The notes under the pieces: generated by a model
Told to the model about the DNA's origin: nothing
Databases searched by the model: none
What the model saw: only the letters and a program-made list of their open reading frames with translations
Program-made: the position numbers and the translations under genes
Source of the DNA: Gammaproteobacteria bacterium
Lineage (GTDB): Bacteria > Pseudomonadota > Gammaproteobacteria > Pseudomonadales > Pseudohongiellaceae
Length of the DNA: 64,000 nt
Assembly (NCBI GenBank): GCA_018698975.1
Contig: JABIPQ010000024.1
Location: 106-64,105 of the forward strand
Reading direction: 5' to 3'
Shown: positions 1 to 12,996 of the stretch, one piece after another
How positions within the stretch are numbered: the first letter of the stretch is position 1
How the letters are laid out: every line of letters starts with the position of its first letter

Positions 1-10
1 AAGTAATTAG

Positions 11-379
11 ATGAATGACAAGGTAAAAAATACAGAACACAAACTGGATTCACTAAAGTGGATCATCGTAGCAATTCTTGTTGCTGCAGGTGTTTACGGC
101 AATAGCTATTTTGCTGCTGAATCCATGCTTTACCGTGTTATCAGTTTACTGGTTCTGGCTTGTGTTGCAGGCTGGATTGCCACTCAAACCAGCAAGGGAA
201 GTGCTTTTGTTACTCTTTGCATGGAAGCCAGAAGTGAAATTCGCAAAGTTGTTTGGCCGACTCGAGCTGAAACCACACAGACCACTTTGATTGTTGTCGT
301 TGTGGTAATTATTGTAGCAATCCTTTTATGGGGGCTGGACTCCTTGTTGAGTTGGCTTATCGCCATGATTATCGGATAA
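11..379 (+). CDS. secE: Preprotein translocase subunit SecE
   Basis: 122-aa ORF with hydrophobic TM segments ([28 protein letters not shown]). It sits directly upstream of nusG, as in the conserved secE-nusG-rplKAJL-rpoBC cluster. Confidence 0.85.
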   Translation: MNDKVKNTEHKLDSLKWIIVAILVAAGVYGNSYFAAESMLYRVISLLVLACVAGWIATQTSKGSAFVTLCMEARSEIRKVVWPTRAETTQTTLIVVVVVIIVAILLWGLDSLLSWLIAMIIG

Positions 380-459
380 GAATATTTGCTACACAGGCGG
401 TTAAAATTTTGGGACAGGGTGCAAACGAGTTGGCGGAAGAAATAAAAGAAGGCGCAGGT

Positions 460-1008
460 ATGTCGGCAGCAGAGAATGAAAAACGCTGGTATGTGGTACA
501 TGCTTATTCTGGTTATGAGCGCAAGGTGAAACTGGCGCTTGAAGAAAGAATAGCTTTGTCACAGCTGCAAGATTATTTCGGTGAGATCATGGTGCCCATC
601 GAAGAAGTGCTTGAAATGCGTGGCGGACAAAAAAGGAAAAGCGAAAGAAAGTTTTTCCCGGGTTATGTCCTGTTGCAAATGGTACTTAATGACGATACAT
701 GGCACTTGGTCAAAGACACGCCAAGGGTGATGGGCTTTATTGGCGGTACTGCTCAAAAACCGGCGCCAATTACCCAGCGTGAAGTTGATGAGATTTTGAA
801 TCGCCTTGAAGAGACTGTCGATAAGCCCTCTCATAAGACTATATATGAACCTGGTGAATTGGTGCGTGTTACTGATGGGCCTTTCAATGATTTCACTGGG
901 ACAGTAGAAGAAGTGAATTACGAAAAAAGCCGTGTCAGAGTTGCTGTATCTATTTTTGGACGCTCAACACCGGTTGAACTTGAGTTCTCTCAGGTAGAAA
1001 AAGGTTAA
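460..1008 (+). CDS. nusG: Transcription termination/antitermination factor NusG
   Basis: ORF 328..1008 contains the conserved NusG N-terminus [13 protein letters not shown] just after the ATG at 460. A KOW-like region ([21 protein letters not shown]) is also present. Confidence 0.95.
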   Translation: MSAAENEKRWYVVHAYSGYERKVKLALEERIALSQLQDYFGEIMVPIEEVLEMRGGQKRKSERKFFPGYVLLQMVLNDDTWHLVKDTPRVMGFIGGTAQKPAPITQREVDEILNRLEETVDKPSHKTIYEPGELVRVTDGPFNDFTGTVEEVNYEKSRVRVAVSIFGRSTPVELEFSQVEKG

Positions 1009-1177
1009 TTAGTCGCAAGTCACAAGTCCCAAGTTACAGGGGCGACTTCGACAAACAAGGTGGACACTCTGACTAATCGGGTTGTCTGAAACAAAAAAGT
1101 CGCTGGCTTCATGATGAATTCAGCGCCAGGGGAGCAGGGCCGCATGGCTCTGCGTTTGAACCCAAAGGAGTTATAGC

Positions 1178-1612
1178 ATGGCTAAGAAAGTACTGGCATA
1201 TATCAAGCTGCAGGTTGCTGCAGGTAAAGCCAATCCAAGTCCTCCTGTTGGTCCAGCATTGGGTCAGCACGGTGTAAACATCATGGAATTCTGTAAAGCA
1301 TTCAACGCAGAAACTCAAAGCGTTGAGCCAGGTCTGCCAATACCGGTTGTAATTACGGTATATGCGGATCGCAGTTTTACCTTTATCACCAAAACTCCTC
1401 CTGCTTCAGTTTTGCTGCAAAAAGCTGCCGGACTGAAGAAAGGCAGTGGCCGCCCTAATACTGAAAAAGTGGGCAAGCTTAATCGTGCCCAGTTGGAAGA
1501 AGTTGCTCTGCAAAAGATGCCTGATCTTACAGCTGCTGATATGGATGCTGCGGTTCGGACTCTCGCAGGCAGTGCTCGTAGTGCCGGCATTGAAACAGAG
1601 GGAGTCGTGTAA
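1178..1612 (+). CDS. rplK: 50S ribosomal protein L11
   Basis: Translation [43 protein letters not shown] is the canonical L11 N-terminal domain. Confidence 0.97.
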   Translation: MAKKVLAYIKLQVAAGKANPSPPVGPALGQHGVNIMEFCKAFNAETQSVEPGLPIPVVITVYADRSFTFITKTPPASVLLQKAAGLKKGSGRPNTEKVGKLNRAQLEEVALQKMPDLTAADMDAAVRTLAGSARSAGIETEGVV

Positions 1613-2307
1613 TGGCTAAATTGACTAAACGCGCAAAATTAATTGCGGAAAAAATTGAAGTGGGCAAAGCCTACGGAATCAATGAAGCTATATCTCTGAT
1701 TAATGAGCTCTCTACAGTGAAGTTCAAAGAATCAATTGATGTCAGCATAAACCTTGGCGTTGACCCCAGAAAATCTGATCAGGCCGTACGTGGAGCGACT
1801 ACCTTGCCACACGGTACTGGTAAAGATGTTCGTGTTGCTGTTTTTGCTCAAGGTGAAAATGCCGAGAAAGCGAAAAATGCCGGTGCGGATATAGTGGGTT
1901 TTGAAGACCTTGCAGAAAGCATTAAAGGCGGAAATCTGGATTTTGATGTAGTTATTGCTACTCCGGATGCGATGCGGGTTGTCGGTCAGCTGGGTACGGT
2001 TCTTGGTCCGAAAGGCCTGATGCCAAATCCAAAAGTTGGCACTGTCACGCCAGATGTTGAGACTGCAGTATCTAACGCTAAAGCCGGACAGGTTCGTTAT
2101 CGAACAGATAAAAACGGCATTATTCATGGTGGTATTGGAAAAGTAGGTTTCGAAATTGATGCGCTTAAGGGCAACCTTGAGGCATTACTGGTTGACCTGA
2201 AAAAAGCCAAGCCAGCATCCGCCAAAGGAAACTATGTCCAGAAAGTGGTGCTCTCTTCCACTATGGGCCCAGGTGTCCTGGTAGACCAGTCGTCTCTGGA
2301 ATTTTAA
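1612..2307 (+). CDS. rplA: 50S ribosomal protein L1
   Basis: 231-aa ORF beginning MAKLTKRAK..., with start overlapping the rplK stop (TAATG). L1-like sequence and operon position. Confidence 0.96.
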   Translation: MAKLTKRAKLIAEKIEVGKAYGINEAISLINELSTVKFKESIDVSINLGVDPRKSDQAVRGATTLPHGTGKDVRVAVFAQGENAEKAKNAGADIVGFEDLAESIKGGNLDFDVVIATPDAMRVVGQLGTVLGPKGLMPNPKVGTVTPDVETAVSNAKAGQVRYRTDKNGIIHGGIGKVGFEIDALKGNLEALLVDLKKAKPASAKGNYVQKVVLSSTMGPGVLVDQSSLEF

Positions 2308-2399
2308 ATAATATTAGTTGTCCTGTGATGTGTTCTGCATGTCACAAGGCATTGTTCCCTCTTTTAAAACAGTATTGAGGGAACATTACAAGACTTTGG

Positions 2400-2717
2400 G
2401 GTGTTGGAGATTTAAATAATCTGCAGCGCTATCAAAGACCGTAGGAGCCAACTACCTGACGTATGGTTGGTGCTGCAGAACAGCAGTACTCGCTATACAA
2501 AAGGCTATAGGCTTAATGTCCTACGCAGATGGTGTAACCCGTCCGGTTGAAATGTTTAGCCGGATCATTCACCAGATTGAAAGTCTCCAGGTTATCGGAG
2601 ACTGGTGCTGGTTTAGATAGTACTTGTTTACAAGTGCTTAGCCAGCGTAAGCAATAACTATGAACTTAAAAGCCTGCAGGTTTTTGCAGTGGTTCATAAC
2701 TTAGGAGTAACTATTAA
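2400..2717 (+). promoter_or_regulatory. Structured rplJ 5' leader (probable L10/L12 autoregulatory leader)
   Basis: 410-nt non-coding gap before rplJ. Nested helices are readable: tctgcagc(2420s)/gctgcaga(2470s) enclosing gccaac/gttggt, gtctcc/ggagac, and agtacttg/caagtgct. E. coli has a long L10-binding leader at the same position. Boundaries are approximate. Confidence 0.5.
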
Positions 2718-3248
2718 GTGGCTATAAGACTGGAAGATAAGCAACAAATTGTTGCTGAAGTCAATGAAGCTGCTAAAGGTGCTTTGTCTGCAGTACTTGC
2801 CGATTATCACGGTACCGCTGTAGAGGAAATGACAGCACTTCGTCGTATTGCACGTGAAAACAATGTTTATCTGAGAGTTGTCAGGAATACCTTGTTAAAA
2901 CGTGCAGTTGAAGGGACTGATTATGAATGTCTCAACGAAGCGCTTGTCGGCCCGACAATTTTGGCTTTTTCTCAGGATCATCCCGGCGCAGCAGCTCGCG
3001 TATTAAAGGATTTTGCTAAGGAAAACGAAGGGTTTGAAGTAAAAGCACTCGCAATAAGTGGAAACCTGCTGCCTGCCTCGCAGATCGATATTCTGGCTAA
3101 ATTGCCAACATACGATCAGGCGATCGCCACTCTTATGAGTGTCATGCTGGCACCGGTGACCAAACTGGTTCAGACGTGCAACGAAGTACCGACCAAAGCT
3201 ACAAGGGCAGTTGCGGCAGTGCGCGATCAGAAACAGGAAGCAGCTTAA
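2718..3248 (+). CDS. rplJ: 50S ribosomal protein L10
   Basis: GTG-start [36 protein letters not shown]10-like, followed by rplL. Confidence 0.95.
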   Translation: MAIRLEDKQQIVAEVNEAAKGALSAVLADYHGTAVEEMTALRRIARENNVYLRVVRNTLLKRAVEGTDYECLNEALVGPTILAFSQDHPGAAARVLKDFAKENEGFEVKALAISGNLLPASQIDILAKLPTYDQAIATLMSVMLAPVTKLVQTCNEVPTKATRAVAAVRDQKQEAA

Positions 3249-3317
3249 TCTGGTTGGTAATATTTTTTCCAACCAGAGTTACTAACGATTAAAATTTATT
3301 AATAGGAGATAAGCGTA

Positions 3318-3698
3318 ATGGCTCTATCTAAAGATGAAATCCTTGATGGTATTGCTGAATTATCAGTAATGGATGTTGTTGAACTGGTTTCAGCAATGGA
3401 AGAAAAATTTGGTGTTTCTGCTGCCGCTGCCGTGGCTGTTGCTGCTGCACCTGCTGCTGGTGATGCTGGCGGTGCTGCTGCCGAGCAAGACGAATTTGAC
3501 GTTATTTTGACCGGAGCCGGTGAAAAGAAAGTTAACGTCATTAAAGCTGTTCGCAGTATCACAGGTCTGGGCCTGAAAGAAGCCAAAGATCTGGTCGATG
3601 GTGCTCCTTCACCAATTAAGGAAGGCGCAAGCAAAGACGAAGCAGAAGAGTTCAAGAAGCAGCTGGAAGAAGCCGGCGCATCTGTAGAGCTCAAGTAA
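3318..3698 (+). CDS. rplL: 50S ribosomal protein L7/L12
   Basis: 126-aa ORF with an Ala-rich hinge ([21 protein letters not shown]) and the conserved C-terminal domain [27 protein letters not shown]. Confidence 0.97.
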   Translation: MALSKDEILDGIAELSVMDVVELVSAMEEKFGVSAAAAVAVAAAPAAGDAGGAAAEQDEFDVILTGAGEKKVNVIKAVRSITGLGLKEAKDLVDGAPSPIKEGASKDEAEEFKKQLEEAGASVELK

Positions 3699-3725
3699 GA
3701 TTGCTCTTGTATACAAGCACTATGA

Positions 3726-3762
3726 AGGAAGGCGGCTATCCAATCTGGACAGCTGCCTTTCC
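3726..3762 (+). terminator. rplL-rpoB intercistronic hairpin (probable attenuator)
   Basis: ggaaggcggct (3726-3736) pairs with agctgcctttcc (3751-3762): about 11 bp with one bulge and one G-U, followed by gtgtttgt. E. coli has a partial terminator at the equivalent position. Confidence 0.45.
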
Positions 3763-3939
3763 GTGTTTGTAAGAATTCTCAAAATTCTCGGCGTCGTTGT
3801 TAATGTCGAGGATGAGTATTGAGAATAAAAGAATTTAGATTACCTGTTTACTGAACAGGTTAAGTGGTACAGGGGTTGTCAGATACTGTTATGGGTATTT
3901 AAGGGCAACTGGAACAAAATCACTTGTTAGGAACTGCTG

Positions 3940-6900
3940 ATGGCATATTCATATACTGAGAAAAAACGTATCCGTAAGGACTTTGGCAAGCTGCAAAGCC
4001 CGATGGATATTCCTTACCTGCTAGCTATTCAGATTGATTCATACAAACAGTTTACCCAGACTGACACCTCGGTTGAGGAACGTCTGGATCAGGGGCTTCA
4101 TGCCGCTTTTAAATCTGTTTTTCCGATTGTCAGTTATTCCGGGAAAGCTCTGCTTGAATATGTAAGCTACAGATTAGGTAAGCCAGAATTTGATGTTAGT
4201 GAATGTGTCCTGAGGGGCGCAACTTATGCAGTATCACTGCGGGTAAAAGTCCGACTGATTATTTACGAAAAAGAATCTACAGCAAAAGTCATCAAGGATA
4301 TTAAAGAGCAGGAAGTCTATATGGGTGAAATCCCCCTGATGACTGATAGCGGAACTTTTGTGATTAATGGTACAGAGCGAGTGGTGGTTTCTCAGTTACA
4401 TCGTTCACCAGGCGTATTCTTTGATCATGATCGTGGTAAAACGCATAGCTCGGGTAAATTACTGTATTCAGCAAGAATTATCCCTTACCGTGGCTCATGG
4501 CTTGATGTTGAGTTCGATCCTAAAGACATGGTTTATGTCCGAATCGACAGACGTCGTAAGCTGCCAGCCTCTATTCTCCTCAGAGCTCTGGATTACAGCA
4601 CCCAGGAAATCCTGGAGATGTTCTACGACAATAATACTTATTTCATTGATAAGGATGGCAACATCTCGGTTGAGCTTGTTCCCTCACGTTTGCGTGGTGC
4701 TGTTCTTAATTTTGATATCAAGAGCAAGCGCACAGTTATCGTTAAGTCCGGAGTCAGGATTACTGCTCGCCATATTCGCGAGCTGGAAAAAGCCAAACTG
4801 ACCAAGCTGGATGTGCCTGCTGAATTTGTCATTGGTGATGCCCTGGCAAAAGATATTTTTGATACTGAAACCGGCGAGGTCTTGTTCCCTTGTAATGCCG
4901 AGATCACTGAAGAAATTATGGAAGGTTTGGTGAGCGCTGGAGTTGGCGAGTTCCAAACTATTTACACTAATGATCTTGATTGTGGTCCGTTTATTTCAGA
5001 TACCTTACGCATCGATGCAACCACTAACCGTCTCGAAGCCTTGGTAGAAATTTACAGAATGATGCGTCCTGGTGAGCCACCGACAAAAGAGTCTGCGGAA
5101 AATCTGTTCGCCAATCTGTTTTTCTCATCAGAGCGATATGACCTGTCCGCGGTTGGTCGCATGAAATTTAACCGTCGCCTGGGTCGACCTGATTCAGAAG
5201 GTGATGGCGTACTTAGCAAAGAAGACATTGTAGACGTTATCAAAACTCTGGTCGGAATTCGTAATGGTTTCGGCACAGTTGATGATATCGATCATCTGGG
5301 TAACCGACGCATCCGAAGTGTTGGTGAAATGGCCGAGAACCAGTTCCGTGTTGGACTGGTCCGCGTAGAACGCGCTGTGAAAGAACGTCTTTCCATGGCC
5401 GACAGCGAAGGTCTGATGCCTCAGGATATGATCAATGCCAAGCCTGTAGCAGCGGCGATAAAGGAATTTTTTGGTTCCAGCCAGTTGTCACAGTTTATGG
5501 ATCAGAATAACCCTCTTTCAGAAGTGACTCACAAACGTCGTATTTCCGCGCTTGGGCCAGGTGGTCTTACTCGTGAGCGTGCCGGTTTTGAAGTGCGTGA
5601 TGTACATCCAACACATTATGGCCGTGTTTGTCCTATCGAGACTCCTGAAGGTCCAAATATTGGACTGATTAACTCTCTGGCGACTTATGCGCGTACCAAT
5701 TCCTATGGATTCCTGGAAAGCCCGGTTCGTAAAGTGGTGAATGGTGCAGTAACAGATGAAATTGATTATCTTTCCGCGATTGAGGAAAGTGGTTTTGTTA
5801 TTGCCCAGGCTTCTTCCCCTCTGAACAAGAAGGGTAAGTTTGAAGAGGAACTGGTCAGCGTTCGTCATAGAAATGAATTTACCCTGATGCCATCTGATCA
5901 GGTGGACTATATGGATGTATCGCCACAGCAGGTTGTATCTGTTGCCGCATCTTTGATTCCCTTCCTGGAGCATGATGATGCCAACCGTGCATTGATGGGG
6001 TCCAATATGCAGCGTCAGGCTGTACCGACTCTTATTTCAGAGAAGCCACTTGTGGGCACGGGAATGGAGCGCAATGTAGCTCGCGACTCTGGTGTTTGTG
6101 TGATCGCCAAACGTGGTGGTGTTATCGACAGTGTTGATGCTGCTCGAATTGTAGTACGCGTCCATGATGAAGAAACTGAAGCTGGTGAAGCAGGTGTGGA
6201 TATTTATAACCTGATCAAATACACCCGTTCAAATCAAAATACCTGTATCAGTCAGCGACCATTGGTGAGCGAGGGTGATCAAGTAAGTGTCCGGGACATC
6301 CTGGCCGATGGTCCTTCAATCGATACTGGTGAGTTAGCTTTGGGGCAGAACATGCGCATAGCTTTCATGCCCTGGAATGGCTATAACTTTGAAGACTCAA
6401 TTCTGATCTCGGAAAGAGTTGTGAAGGAAGATCGCTTCACCTCGATTCATATTCAGGAGCTGACCTGTATCGCTCGTGACACCAAATTAGGTTCTGAAGA
6501 GATTACAGCAGATATTCCCAATGTTGGTGAAAGTGCTCTGAGTCGTCTCGATGAATCCGGCATTGTTCATATCGGTGCTGAAGTAAATGCCGGCGATATC
6601 CTGGTAGGCAAGGTGACACCAAAAGGTGAAACCCAGCTGACTCCAGAAGAAAAACTTCTCCGCGCTATTTTTGGTGAAAAGGCATCTGATGTAAAAGATA
6701 CATCACTAAGGGTACCAAGCAGTGTTAAAGGTACGGTTATCGATGTTCAGGTATTTACACGTGACGGTCTTGAAAAAGATCAGCGTGCTCTGGAAATCGA
6801 AGAAGCGCAGTTATCCAAGGTACGTAAAGATATCGAAGATGAGTTTCGTATTGTTGAAGAAGCGACTTTCCAGCGTTTACGCAAGTTAATCCTGGGTAAA

Positions 6901-8022
6901 GGCGTTTCTGGTGGACCTAAGCTGAAGAAAGGTGACAAGCTCAGTGCCGAGTATCTGGACAATCTGGAACAGGAAGAGTGGTTCAAGATTCGTCTGGTAG
7001 ACGAAAGCATGAGCGAGGCTCTTGAGAAAGCAGGTGTTCAGCTCAAGGAACGTAGAATTGAACTTGATGAACGTTACGAAGACAAAAAACGCAAGCTGAC
7101 TCAGGGCGATAATCTGGCACCGGGTGTGCTGAAAATCGTTAAAGTGTATCTGGCGATCAAACGTCGTATTCAGCCTGGTGACAAGATGGCCGGACGTCAT
7201 GGTAACAAGGGTGTTATCTCGGTAATAATGCCGGTTGAAGACATGCCATATGATGAGTCTGGCAACCCTGTTGATATCGTACTGAATCCGCTGGGTGTTC
7301 CGTCCCGAATGAATGTGGGGCAGATTTTGGAAACTCATCTTGGTGCAGCATCAAAAGGCCTGGGTGCAAAAATCAATGTCATGATTCAGCAGCAACAAAA
7401 AGCAGCAGATATCCGCAAATTCCTGGATCAGATTTATAACGGTATTGGCGAATCGCGTCGTACTGAAGATTTGAAAAGTTTCAGTGATGATGAGGTGTAT
7501 GAGCTGGCAAGAAACCTTAGAGCGGGTGTGCCAATGGCAACACCGGTGTTTGATGGTGCCAGTGAAATCGAAATCAAGGAAATGCTTAAGCTGGCCGACA
7601 TGAGCGAAGATGGTCAGGTAAGTCTTTTTGATGGACGTACTGGTGATCAGTTCGACCGTAAGGTAACAGTGGGCATTATGTATATGCTTAAACTGAATCA
7701 TCTGGTCGACGACAAAATGCATGCTCGATCAACCGGCTCCTACAGCCTGGTTACCCAGCAGCCTTTGGGTGGTAAAGCCCAGTTTGGTGGCCAACGCTTT
7801 GGAGAAATGGAAGTGTGGGCACTGGAAGCATATGGTGCCGCCTATACATTGCAGGAAATGTTGACTGTGAAGTCAGACGATGTAAACGGCAGAACCAAGA
7901 TGTACAAGAATATAGTAGATGGTGATGACCGCATGGAAGCCGGTATGCCCGAATCCTTTAACGTACTTGTTAAAGAAATTCGATCTTTGGGTATCGACAT
8001 GGAGCTGGAAGTCGAGAATTGA
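3940..8022 (+). CDS. rpoB: DNA-directed RNA polymerase subunit beta
   Basis: 1360-aa [20 protein letters not shown]..., with conserved beta-subunit blocks ([31 protein letters not shown]). Confidence 0.99.
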   Translation: MAYSYTEKKRIRKDFGKLQSPMDIPYLLAIQIDSYKQFTQTDTSVEERLDQGLHAAFKSVFPIVSYSGKALLEYVSYRLGKPEFDVSECVLRGATYAVSLRVKVRLIIYEKESTAKVIKDIKEQEVYMGEIPLMTDSGTFVINGTERVVVSQLHRSPGVFFDHDRGKTHSSGKLLYSARIIPYRGSWLDVEFDPKDMVYVRIDRRRKLPASILLRALDYSTQEILEMFYDNNTYFIDKDGNISVELVPSRLRGAVLNFDIKSKRTVIVKSGVRITARHIRELEKAKLTKLDVPAEFVIGDALAKDIFDTETGEVLFPCNAEITEEIMEGLVSAGVGEFQTIYTNDLDCGPFISDTLRIDATTNRLEALVEIYRMMRPGEPPTKESAENLFANLFFSSERYDLSAVGRMKFNRRLGRPDSEGDGVLSKEDIVDVIKTLVGIRNGFGTVDDIDHLGNRRIRSVGEMAENQFRVGLVRVERAVKERLSMADSEGLMPQDMINAKPVAAAIKEFFGSSQLSQFMDQNNPLSEVTHKRRISALGPGGLTRERAGFEVRDVHPTHYGRVCPIETPEGPNIGLINSLATYARTNSYGFLESPVRKVVNGAVTDEIDYLSAIEESGFVIAQASSPLNKKGKFEEELVSVRHRNEFTLMPSDQVDYMDVSPQQVVSVAASLIPFLEHDDANRALMGSNMQRQAVPTLISEKPLVGTGMERNVARDSGVCVIAKRGGVIDSVDAARIVVRVHDEETEAGEAGVDIYNLIKYTRSNQNTCISQRPLVSEGDQVSVRDILADGPSIDTGELALGQNMRIAFMPWNGYNFEDSILISERVVKEDRFTSIHIQELTCIARDTKLGSEEITADIPNVGESALSRLDESGIVHIGAEVNAGDILVGKVTPKGETQLTPEEKLLRAIFGEKASDVKDTSLRVPSSVKGTVIDVQVFTRDGLEKDQRALEIEEAQLSKVRKDIEDEFRIVEEATFQRLRKLILGKGVSGGPKLKKGDKLSAEYLDNLEQEEWFKIRLVDESMSEALEKAGVQLKERRIELDERYEDKKRKLTQGDNLAPGVLKIVKVYLAIKRRIQPGDKMAGRHGNKGVISVIMPVEDMPYDESGNPVDIVLNPLGVPSRMNVGQILETHLGAASKGLGAKINVMIQQQQKAADIRKFLDQIYNGIGESRRTEDLKSFSDDEVYELARNLRAGVPMATPVFDGASEIEIKEMLKLADMSEDGQVSLFDGRTGDQFDRKVTVGIMYMLKLNHLVDDKMHARSTGSYSLVTQQPLGGKAQFGGQRFGEMEVWALEAYGAAYTLQEMLTVKSDDVNGRTKMYKNIVDGDDRMEAGMPESFNVLVKEIRSLGIDMELEVEN

Positions 8023-8114
8023 TTCAGGATTTAGTGATTGGCAGGATTTTCACATTTCTGTAAATACAACTTAATCCAGAGAATTTATCAACCCTGTTAG
8101 GGTGGAGGAATAGA

Positions 8115-11100
8115 ATGAAAGACCTATTAGGTTTATTGAAGTCACAAACGCAGATTGAAGACTTTGATTCAATTCGTATCGGATTGGCATCACCACAACT
8201 GATTCGCTCCTGGTCATTCGGGGAAGTGAAGAAGCCGGAAACCATCAACTACCGTACCTTTAAGCCGGAGCGTGACGGGCTTTTCTGTGCCAAAATATTT
8301 GGCCCGGTAAAAGACTACGAGTGTCTCTGCGGCAAATACAAACGTCTAAAACACAGAGGTGTTATCTGTGAAAAATGTGGCGTTGAAGTAGCGCTGAGCA
8401 AAGTGCGTCGTGAACGTATGGGCCATATTGAACTGGCCAGTCCTGTAGCTCATATCTGGTTCCTGAAATCACTGCCTTCACGTATCGGTTTGTTGCTGGA
8501 TATGACTCTGCGTGATATCGAACGTGTTCTGTATTTTGAATCTTTTGTGGTTATTGATCCTGGTATGACTACATTGGAAAAAGGTCAGCTGCTTTCTGAC
8601 GAAATGTATTACGAAGCCCTTGAAGAATTCGGAGATGACTTTGAAGCCAAGATGGGTGCTGAAGCCGTTCAGGATCTGATGGCAGATATGGATGTGGTTG
8701 AAGAATCGACCCGTATTCGTGAAGAAATTCCGCAGACAAATTCTGAAACCAAATTGAAAAAACTCTCCAAGCGTCTGAAGTTGCTTGACGGTTTTGTAAA
8801 CTCTGGCAATAAGCCCGAATGGATGGTGCTCAATGTATTGCCTGTGCTACCACCTGATCTGCGTCCACTTGTTCCTCTGGATGGTGGCCGATTTGCCACC
8901 TCGGATCTAAACGATTTATACCGTCGGGTAATTAATCGTAACAACCGCTTGAAACGACTGCTAGACCTGAATGCGCCGGATATCATCGTACGTAATGAAA
9001 AACGTATGCTGCAGGAATCTGTAGATGCATTGCTGGATAACGGTCGTCGCGGAAGAGCGATCACCGGCTCCAACAAACGTCCGCTGAAATCACTGGCTGA
9101 CATGATTAAAGGCAAGCAGGGTCGTTTCCGTCAGAACCTGCTTGGTAAGCGTGTGGATTATTCAGGACGTTCCGTGATCGTGGTAGGTCCTACCTTGCGA
9201 CTACATCAGGCCGGTCTGCCCAAGAAAATGGCATTGGAACTGTTTAAGCCTTTCATCCTTGGCAAACTGATTCTGCGTGGCGTTGCAACAACAATTAAAG
9301 CTGCCAAGAAAATGGTAGAAAAAGAAACAGCAGAAGTCTGGGATATTCTTGCGGAAGTTATTCGTGAGCATCCGATCATGCTGAACCGTGCGCCAACTCT
9401 TCACAGATTGGGTATCCAGGCTTTTGAACCTGTGCTCATTGAAGGCAAGGCCATTCAATTGCATCCGCTGGTTTGTGCAGCATACAACGCTGACTTTGAT
9501 GGCGACCAGATGGCAGTTCACGTGCCGCTGACTCTGGAAGCGCAGCTCGAAGCCCGATCGTTGATGATGTCTACCAATAATATTCTTTCACCAGCATCTG
9601 GTGAGCCGATTATTGTGCCTTCCCAGGACGTGGTGTTGGGTCTTTATTACATGACCCGTGAGCGTGTTAATGCCAAGGGTGAAGGCATGATCTTCGCCAA
9701 TGTAGATGAAGTTGTCAAAGCATTTAATACCAAAGCAGTTCATCTTCAGTCCCGCATTAAGGTGCGTTTGTCAGAAGTGCTGTTTAGCGAAGACGGTGAA
9801 AGGCAGGAATCTACCAGTATTGTGGAATCTACAGTTGGTCGTGTAATCCTGTTTAGTATCGTGCCCGAGGGCTTGCCGTTCAGCATGGTTAACCAGAAAA
9901 TGTCCAAGAAGCAGATCTCACACATTATCAATATGTGTTATCGAAATGTTGGACTTAAAGAAACCGTTATTTTTGCTGACCAATTAATGTACATGGGCTA
10001 TCGCTACTCTACATGGTCAGGCTGTTCAATTGGTGTGAATGATTTTGTCATTCCCGATGCAAAAGCCACTTTAATTGCCGCTGCTGAATCTGAAGTCGCT
10101 GAGATTGAGTCACAGTTTGCCTCTGGTCTGGTAACGCAGGGTGAGAAATACAATAAGGTGATTGATATCTGGTCGCGTGCTAATGACCAGGTGGCCAAGT
10201 CCATGATGGATGGCTTGTCCCATGAAAGTGTAATCAATCGTGAGGGTGAGGAAGAGCAGCAGGAATCCTTTAACTCTGTTTATGTTTATTCGGATTCTGG
10301 CGCCAGGGGCTCCCCCGCGCAGATTCGTCAGCTGGCCGGAATGCGTGGCCTGATGGCGAAGCCGGATGGATCGATTATTGAAACACCGATTACCGCTAAC
10401 TTCCGTGAAGGACTGAACGTACTCCAGTACTTTATATCTACCCATGGTGCGCGTAAGGGATTGGCCGATACCGCCTTGAAAACAGCGAACTCTGGTTATT
10501 TGACGCGTCGCCTGGTTGATATCAGTCAGGATCTGGTCGTTAAAGAAGAAGATTGTGGTACTGATAACGGTTTGACGATGACACCTGTTATTGAGGGTGG
10601 CGACATTATTGCACCTCTGGGCGAACTGGTACTGGGTCGTGTTCTGGCACAGGATGCTCTGGACGGTAATGGTGCAACCATTCTTGAAGCTGGCATCCTG
10701 ATTGATGAAAAATTGGTGGAAATACTGGAAACCAATGGTGTGGACGAAGTTATTGCCCGTTCACCTATCACCTGTGATGCTGATGCCGGTATCTGTCGTA
10801 TGTGTTACGGCCGAGATCTCGCCCGAGGTCACTTGACCAATATTGGTGAGGCGGTCGGTGTAGTAGCTGCGCAGTCAATCGGTGAGCCTGGTACTCAGTT
10901 AACCATGCGTACATTTCATATTGGTGGTGCAGCTTCCCGTGCTACAGCGGCAGACAATGTTCAGGTTAAAACAGACGGTACTATCCATCTGTACAACATG
11001 AAAACTGTGCAACGAAAAGATGGTCAGCTGGTTGTGGTATCACGTTCTGGTGAGTTGATAGTTAATGACACCAACGGACGTGAAAAAGAACGTTATAAAT

Positions 11101-12359
11101 TGCCTTATGGTGCAATTATTAATGGTGCAGATCATTCTGAAGTTCAGGTTGGCAATATTGTTGCCAGCTGGGATCCGCATACGCATCCAATTGTTGTTGA
11201 AGTTGCTGGTAAGGTCCGTTTCGAAGCCATGGAAGAGGGGCTTTGTGTGAAGCGTCAGACTGACGAAATAACCGGTCTGACCAATATCACTGTTATGGAT
11301 CCTTCCGAGCGTCCTTCAGCGGGTAAAGAATTACGTCCCGCTATTACGCTGGTTGACGGAAAAGGAAAAGAGTTTAACTTGCCAGGAACGAATGTTCCTG
11401 CCCATTACTTCCTGCCTTCAAAAGCTATTGTTGGTGTGGAAAACGGTGTTGATGTGAATATTGGTGATGTAATTGCCCGTATTCCCCAGGAAGGTTCTAA
11501 AACTCGTGATATTACTGGTGGTCTGCCTCGTGTTGCTGATTTGTTTGAAGCACGTAAGCCAAAAGAGCCTGCCATTTTGGCCGAAATTTCCGGAACAGTA
11601 AGTTTTGGTAAGGAAACCAAAGGCAAGCGTCGACTGGTAATTACGCCAACAGATGGTGTGAATCCGATTGATGGCAGTGATCATTATGAAGTGCTGATTC
11701 CGAAATGGCGTCAAATGACGGTCTTCGAAGGGGAATATGTCGAGAAAGGTGAGGTTGTATCTGATGGACCACCAAATCCTCATGACATCCTGCGCCTGAA
11801 AGGAGTTGAAGCACTGGCTCGTTTCATCGTGAATGAAGTCCAGGAAGTTTATCGACTCCAGGGTGTGCGTATCAATGACAAGCATATTGAAGTTATTGTT
11901 CGCCAGATGTTACGTAAAGCTGAAATCATCCAGATGGGTGACTCTGCATTTATTAAAGGTGAGCAAGTAGAATTCATTCGAGTGCGCAAGGAAAACGCAC
12001 GCTTGAGGGATGAAGAAAAAGAAATCGTGAAATTTGAGCGGGTTTTGCTTGGTATCACTAAAGCATCTCTGGCAACAGAGTCGTTCATTTCTGCGGCATC
12101 TTTCCAGGAAACCACGCGTGTATTGACAGAGGCTGCGGTCACTGGCAAGCGTGATTACCTGCAAGGTCTCAAGGAAAACGTTGTTGTAGGACGACTGATT
12201 CCTGCTGGTACAGGGCTTTCCTATCATGCAAACAGGAAGCGCATTGCCGAGGCCCGTTTGTCTGAAGACACAGTGTCAGCCAGTGAAGTGGAAGCTGCAC
12301 TAAGTGAAGCACTTGCAGAATCAGAAAGTGCTGCAGCAGCGGAAGCGGCAGAGGATTAA
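8115..12359 (+). CDS. rpoC: DNA-directed RNA polymerase subunit beta'
   Basis: 1414-aa ORF with the zinc-binding CLCGKYK...CEKCGVEV motif and the catalytic NADFDGDQM motif. Confidence 0.99.
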   Translation: MKDLLGLLKSQTQIEDFDSIRIGLASPQLIRSWSFGEVKKPETINYRTFKPERDGLFCAKIFGPVKDYECLCGKYKRLKHRGVICEKCGVEVALSKVRRERMGHIELASPVAHIWFLKSLPSRIGLLLDMTLRDIERVLYFESFVVIDPGMTTLEKGQLLSDEMYYEALEEFGDDFEAKMGAEAVQDLMADMDVVEESTRIREEIPQTNSETKLKKLSKRLKLLDGFVNSGNKPEWMVLNVLPVLPPDLRPLVPLDGGRFATSDLNDLYRRVINRNNRLKRLLDLNAPDIIVRNEKRMLQESVDALLDNGRRGRAITGSNKRPLKSLADMIKGKQGRFRQNLLGKRVDYSGRSVIVVGPTLRLHQAGLPKKMALELFKPFILGKLILRGVATTIKAAKKMVEKETAEVWDILAEVIREHPIMLNRAPTLHRLGIQAFEPVLIEGKAIQLHPLVCAAYNADFDGDQMAVHVPLTLEAQLEARSLMMSTNNILSPASGEPIIVPSQDVVLGLYYMTRERVNAKGEGMIFANVDEVVKAFNTKAVHLQSRIKVRLSEVLFSEDGERQESTSIVESTVGRVILFSIVPEGLPFSMVNQKMSKKQISHIINMCYRNVGLKETVIFADQLMYMGYRYSTWSGCSIGVNDFVIPDAKATLIAAAESEVAEIESQFASGLVTQGEKYNKVIDIWSRANDQVAKSMMDGLSHESVINREGEEEQQESFNSVYVYSDSGARGSPAQIRQLAGMRGLMAKPDGSIIETPITANFREGLNVLQYFISTHGARKGLADTALKTANSGYLTRRLVDISQDLVVKEEDCGTDNGLTMTPVIEGGDIIAPLGELVLGRVLAQDALDGNGATILEAGILIDEKLVEILETNGVDEVIARSPITCDADAGICRMCYGRDLARGHLTNIGEAVGVVAAQSIGEPGTQLTMRTFHIGGAASRATAADNVQVKTDGTIHLYNMKTVQRKDGQLVVVSRSGELIVNDTNGREKERYKLPYGAIINGADHSEVQVGNIVASWDPHTHPIVVEVAGKVRFEAMEEGLCVKRQTDEITGLTNITVMDPSERPSAGKELRPAITLVDGKGKEFNLPGTNVPAHYFLPSKAIVGVENGVDVNIGDVIARIPQEGSKTRDITGGLPRVADLFEARKPKEPAILAEISGTVSFGKETKGKRRLVITPTDGVNPIDGSDHYEVLIPKWRQMTVFEGEYVEKGEVVSDGPPNPHDILRLKGVEALARFIVNEVQEVYRLQGVRINDKHIEVIVRQMLRKAEIIQMGDSAFIKGEQVEFIRVRKENARLRDEEKEIVKFERVLLGITKASLATESFISAASFQETTRVLTEAAVTGKRDYLQGLKENVVVGRLIPAGTGLSYHANRKRIAEARLSEDTVSASEVEAALSEALAESESAAAAEAAED

Positions 12360-12362
12360 ACC

Positions 12363-12448
12363 AGTCACAAGTCGCAAGTCACAAGTCTCAAGCAAAAGCC
12401 GTTACTTTCAGCTGGCAACTTGTAACTTGTAACTTGAGACTTGTGACT
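12363..12448. repeat. Heptamer-built inverted repeat / terminator-like hairpin after rpoC
   Basis: The left arm is the tandem 7-mers agtcaca-agtcgca-agtcaca-agtctca (12363-12390). The right arm (12421-12448) is their reverse complement. By my base-by-base comparison 24 of 28 positions pair, with a 30-nt loop and no U-tract. Confidence 0.7.
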
Positions 12449-12456
12449 AGTATGAG

Positions 12457-12485
12457 TTGACTAGGTGGGGCGTGATCATTACAAT
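12457..12485 (+). promoter_or_regulatory. sigma70-type promoter of the str operon (rpsL)
   Basis: TTGACT (12457-12462), a 17-nt spacer, then TACAAT (12480-12485), about 40 nt upstream of the rpsL ATG. Confidence 0.7.
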
Positions 12486-12527
12486 CGCGCCTCTTTTTTA
12501 AATAAACAAAGAATTTCGGAGCAATAG

Positions 12528-12899
12528 ATGGCGACTGTTAACCAACTGGTTCGCAAGCCCAGGAAAAGCAAGCTCGACAAGAGTGATGTTCCCGCGTTGC
12601 AGGGTTGCCCGCAACGTCGTGGCGTCTGTACTCGTGTCTATACTACAACACCTAAAAAGCCGAACTCGGCACTGCGTAAAGTATGTCGTGTACGACTGAC
12701 TAACGGTTACGAAGTGACTTCATATATCGGTGGCGAAGGCCATAACCTGCAGGAACATTCCGTGATCCTGATCAGGGGCGGTAGGGTTAAAGACCTGCCG
12801 GGTGTTCGTTATCACACTGTTCGTGGCTCTCTGGATACTTCCGGTGTTGCTGACAGAAAGCAGGGTCGTTCCAAGTACGGAACCAAACGACCTAAGTAA
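12528..12899 (+). CDS. rpsL: 30S ribosomal protein S12
   Basis: [15 protein letters not shown]...[19 protein letters not shown] is the canonical S12 sequence. Confidence 0.98.
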   Translation: MATVNQLVRKPRKSKLDKSDVPALQGCPQRRGVCTRVYTTTPKKPNSALRKVCRVRLTNGYEVTSYIGGEGHNLQEHSVILIRGGRVKDLPGVRYHTVRGSLDTSGVADRKQGRSKYGTKRPK

Positions 12900-12996
12900 C
12901 TCTTTATAACGGAAGTTATAAATAATTAAATCATTACAGTAAGGCCGGATTTTGAGACAACTCATTAATGCCGGATAAGCCTGAAGAGAGATAAGT

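Noticed and set aside
4367-12227. Numerous 60-155-aa ORFs in alternative frames or antisense within rpoB and rpoC (e.g. 4367..4801 +, 5518..5973 -, 6886..7338 -, 8669..9115 -, 11418..11885 -)
   Set aside because: They are fully embedded in very strongly supported, conserved long genes. Their translations are low-complexity or unfamiliar, and they have no SD or initiation context. These are typical shadow ORFs.
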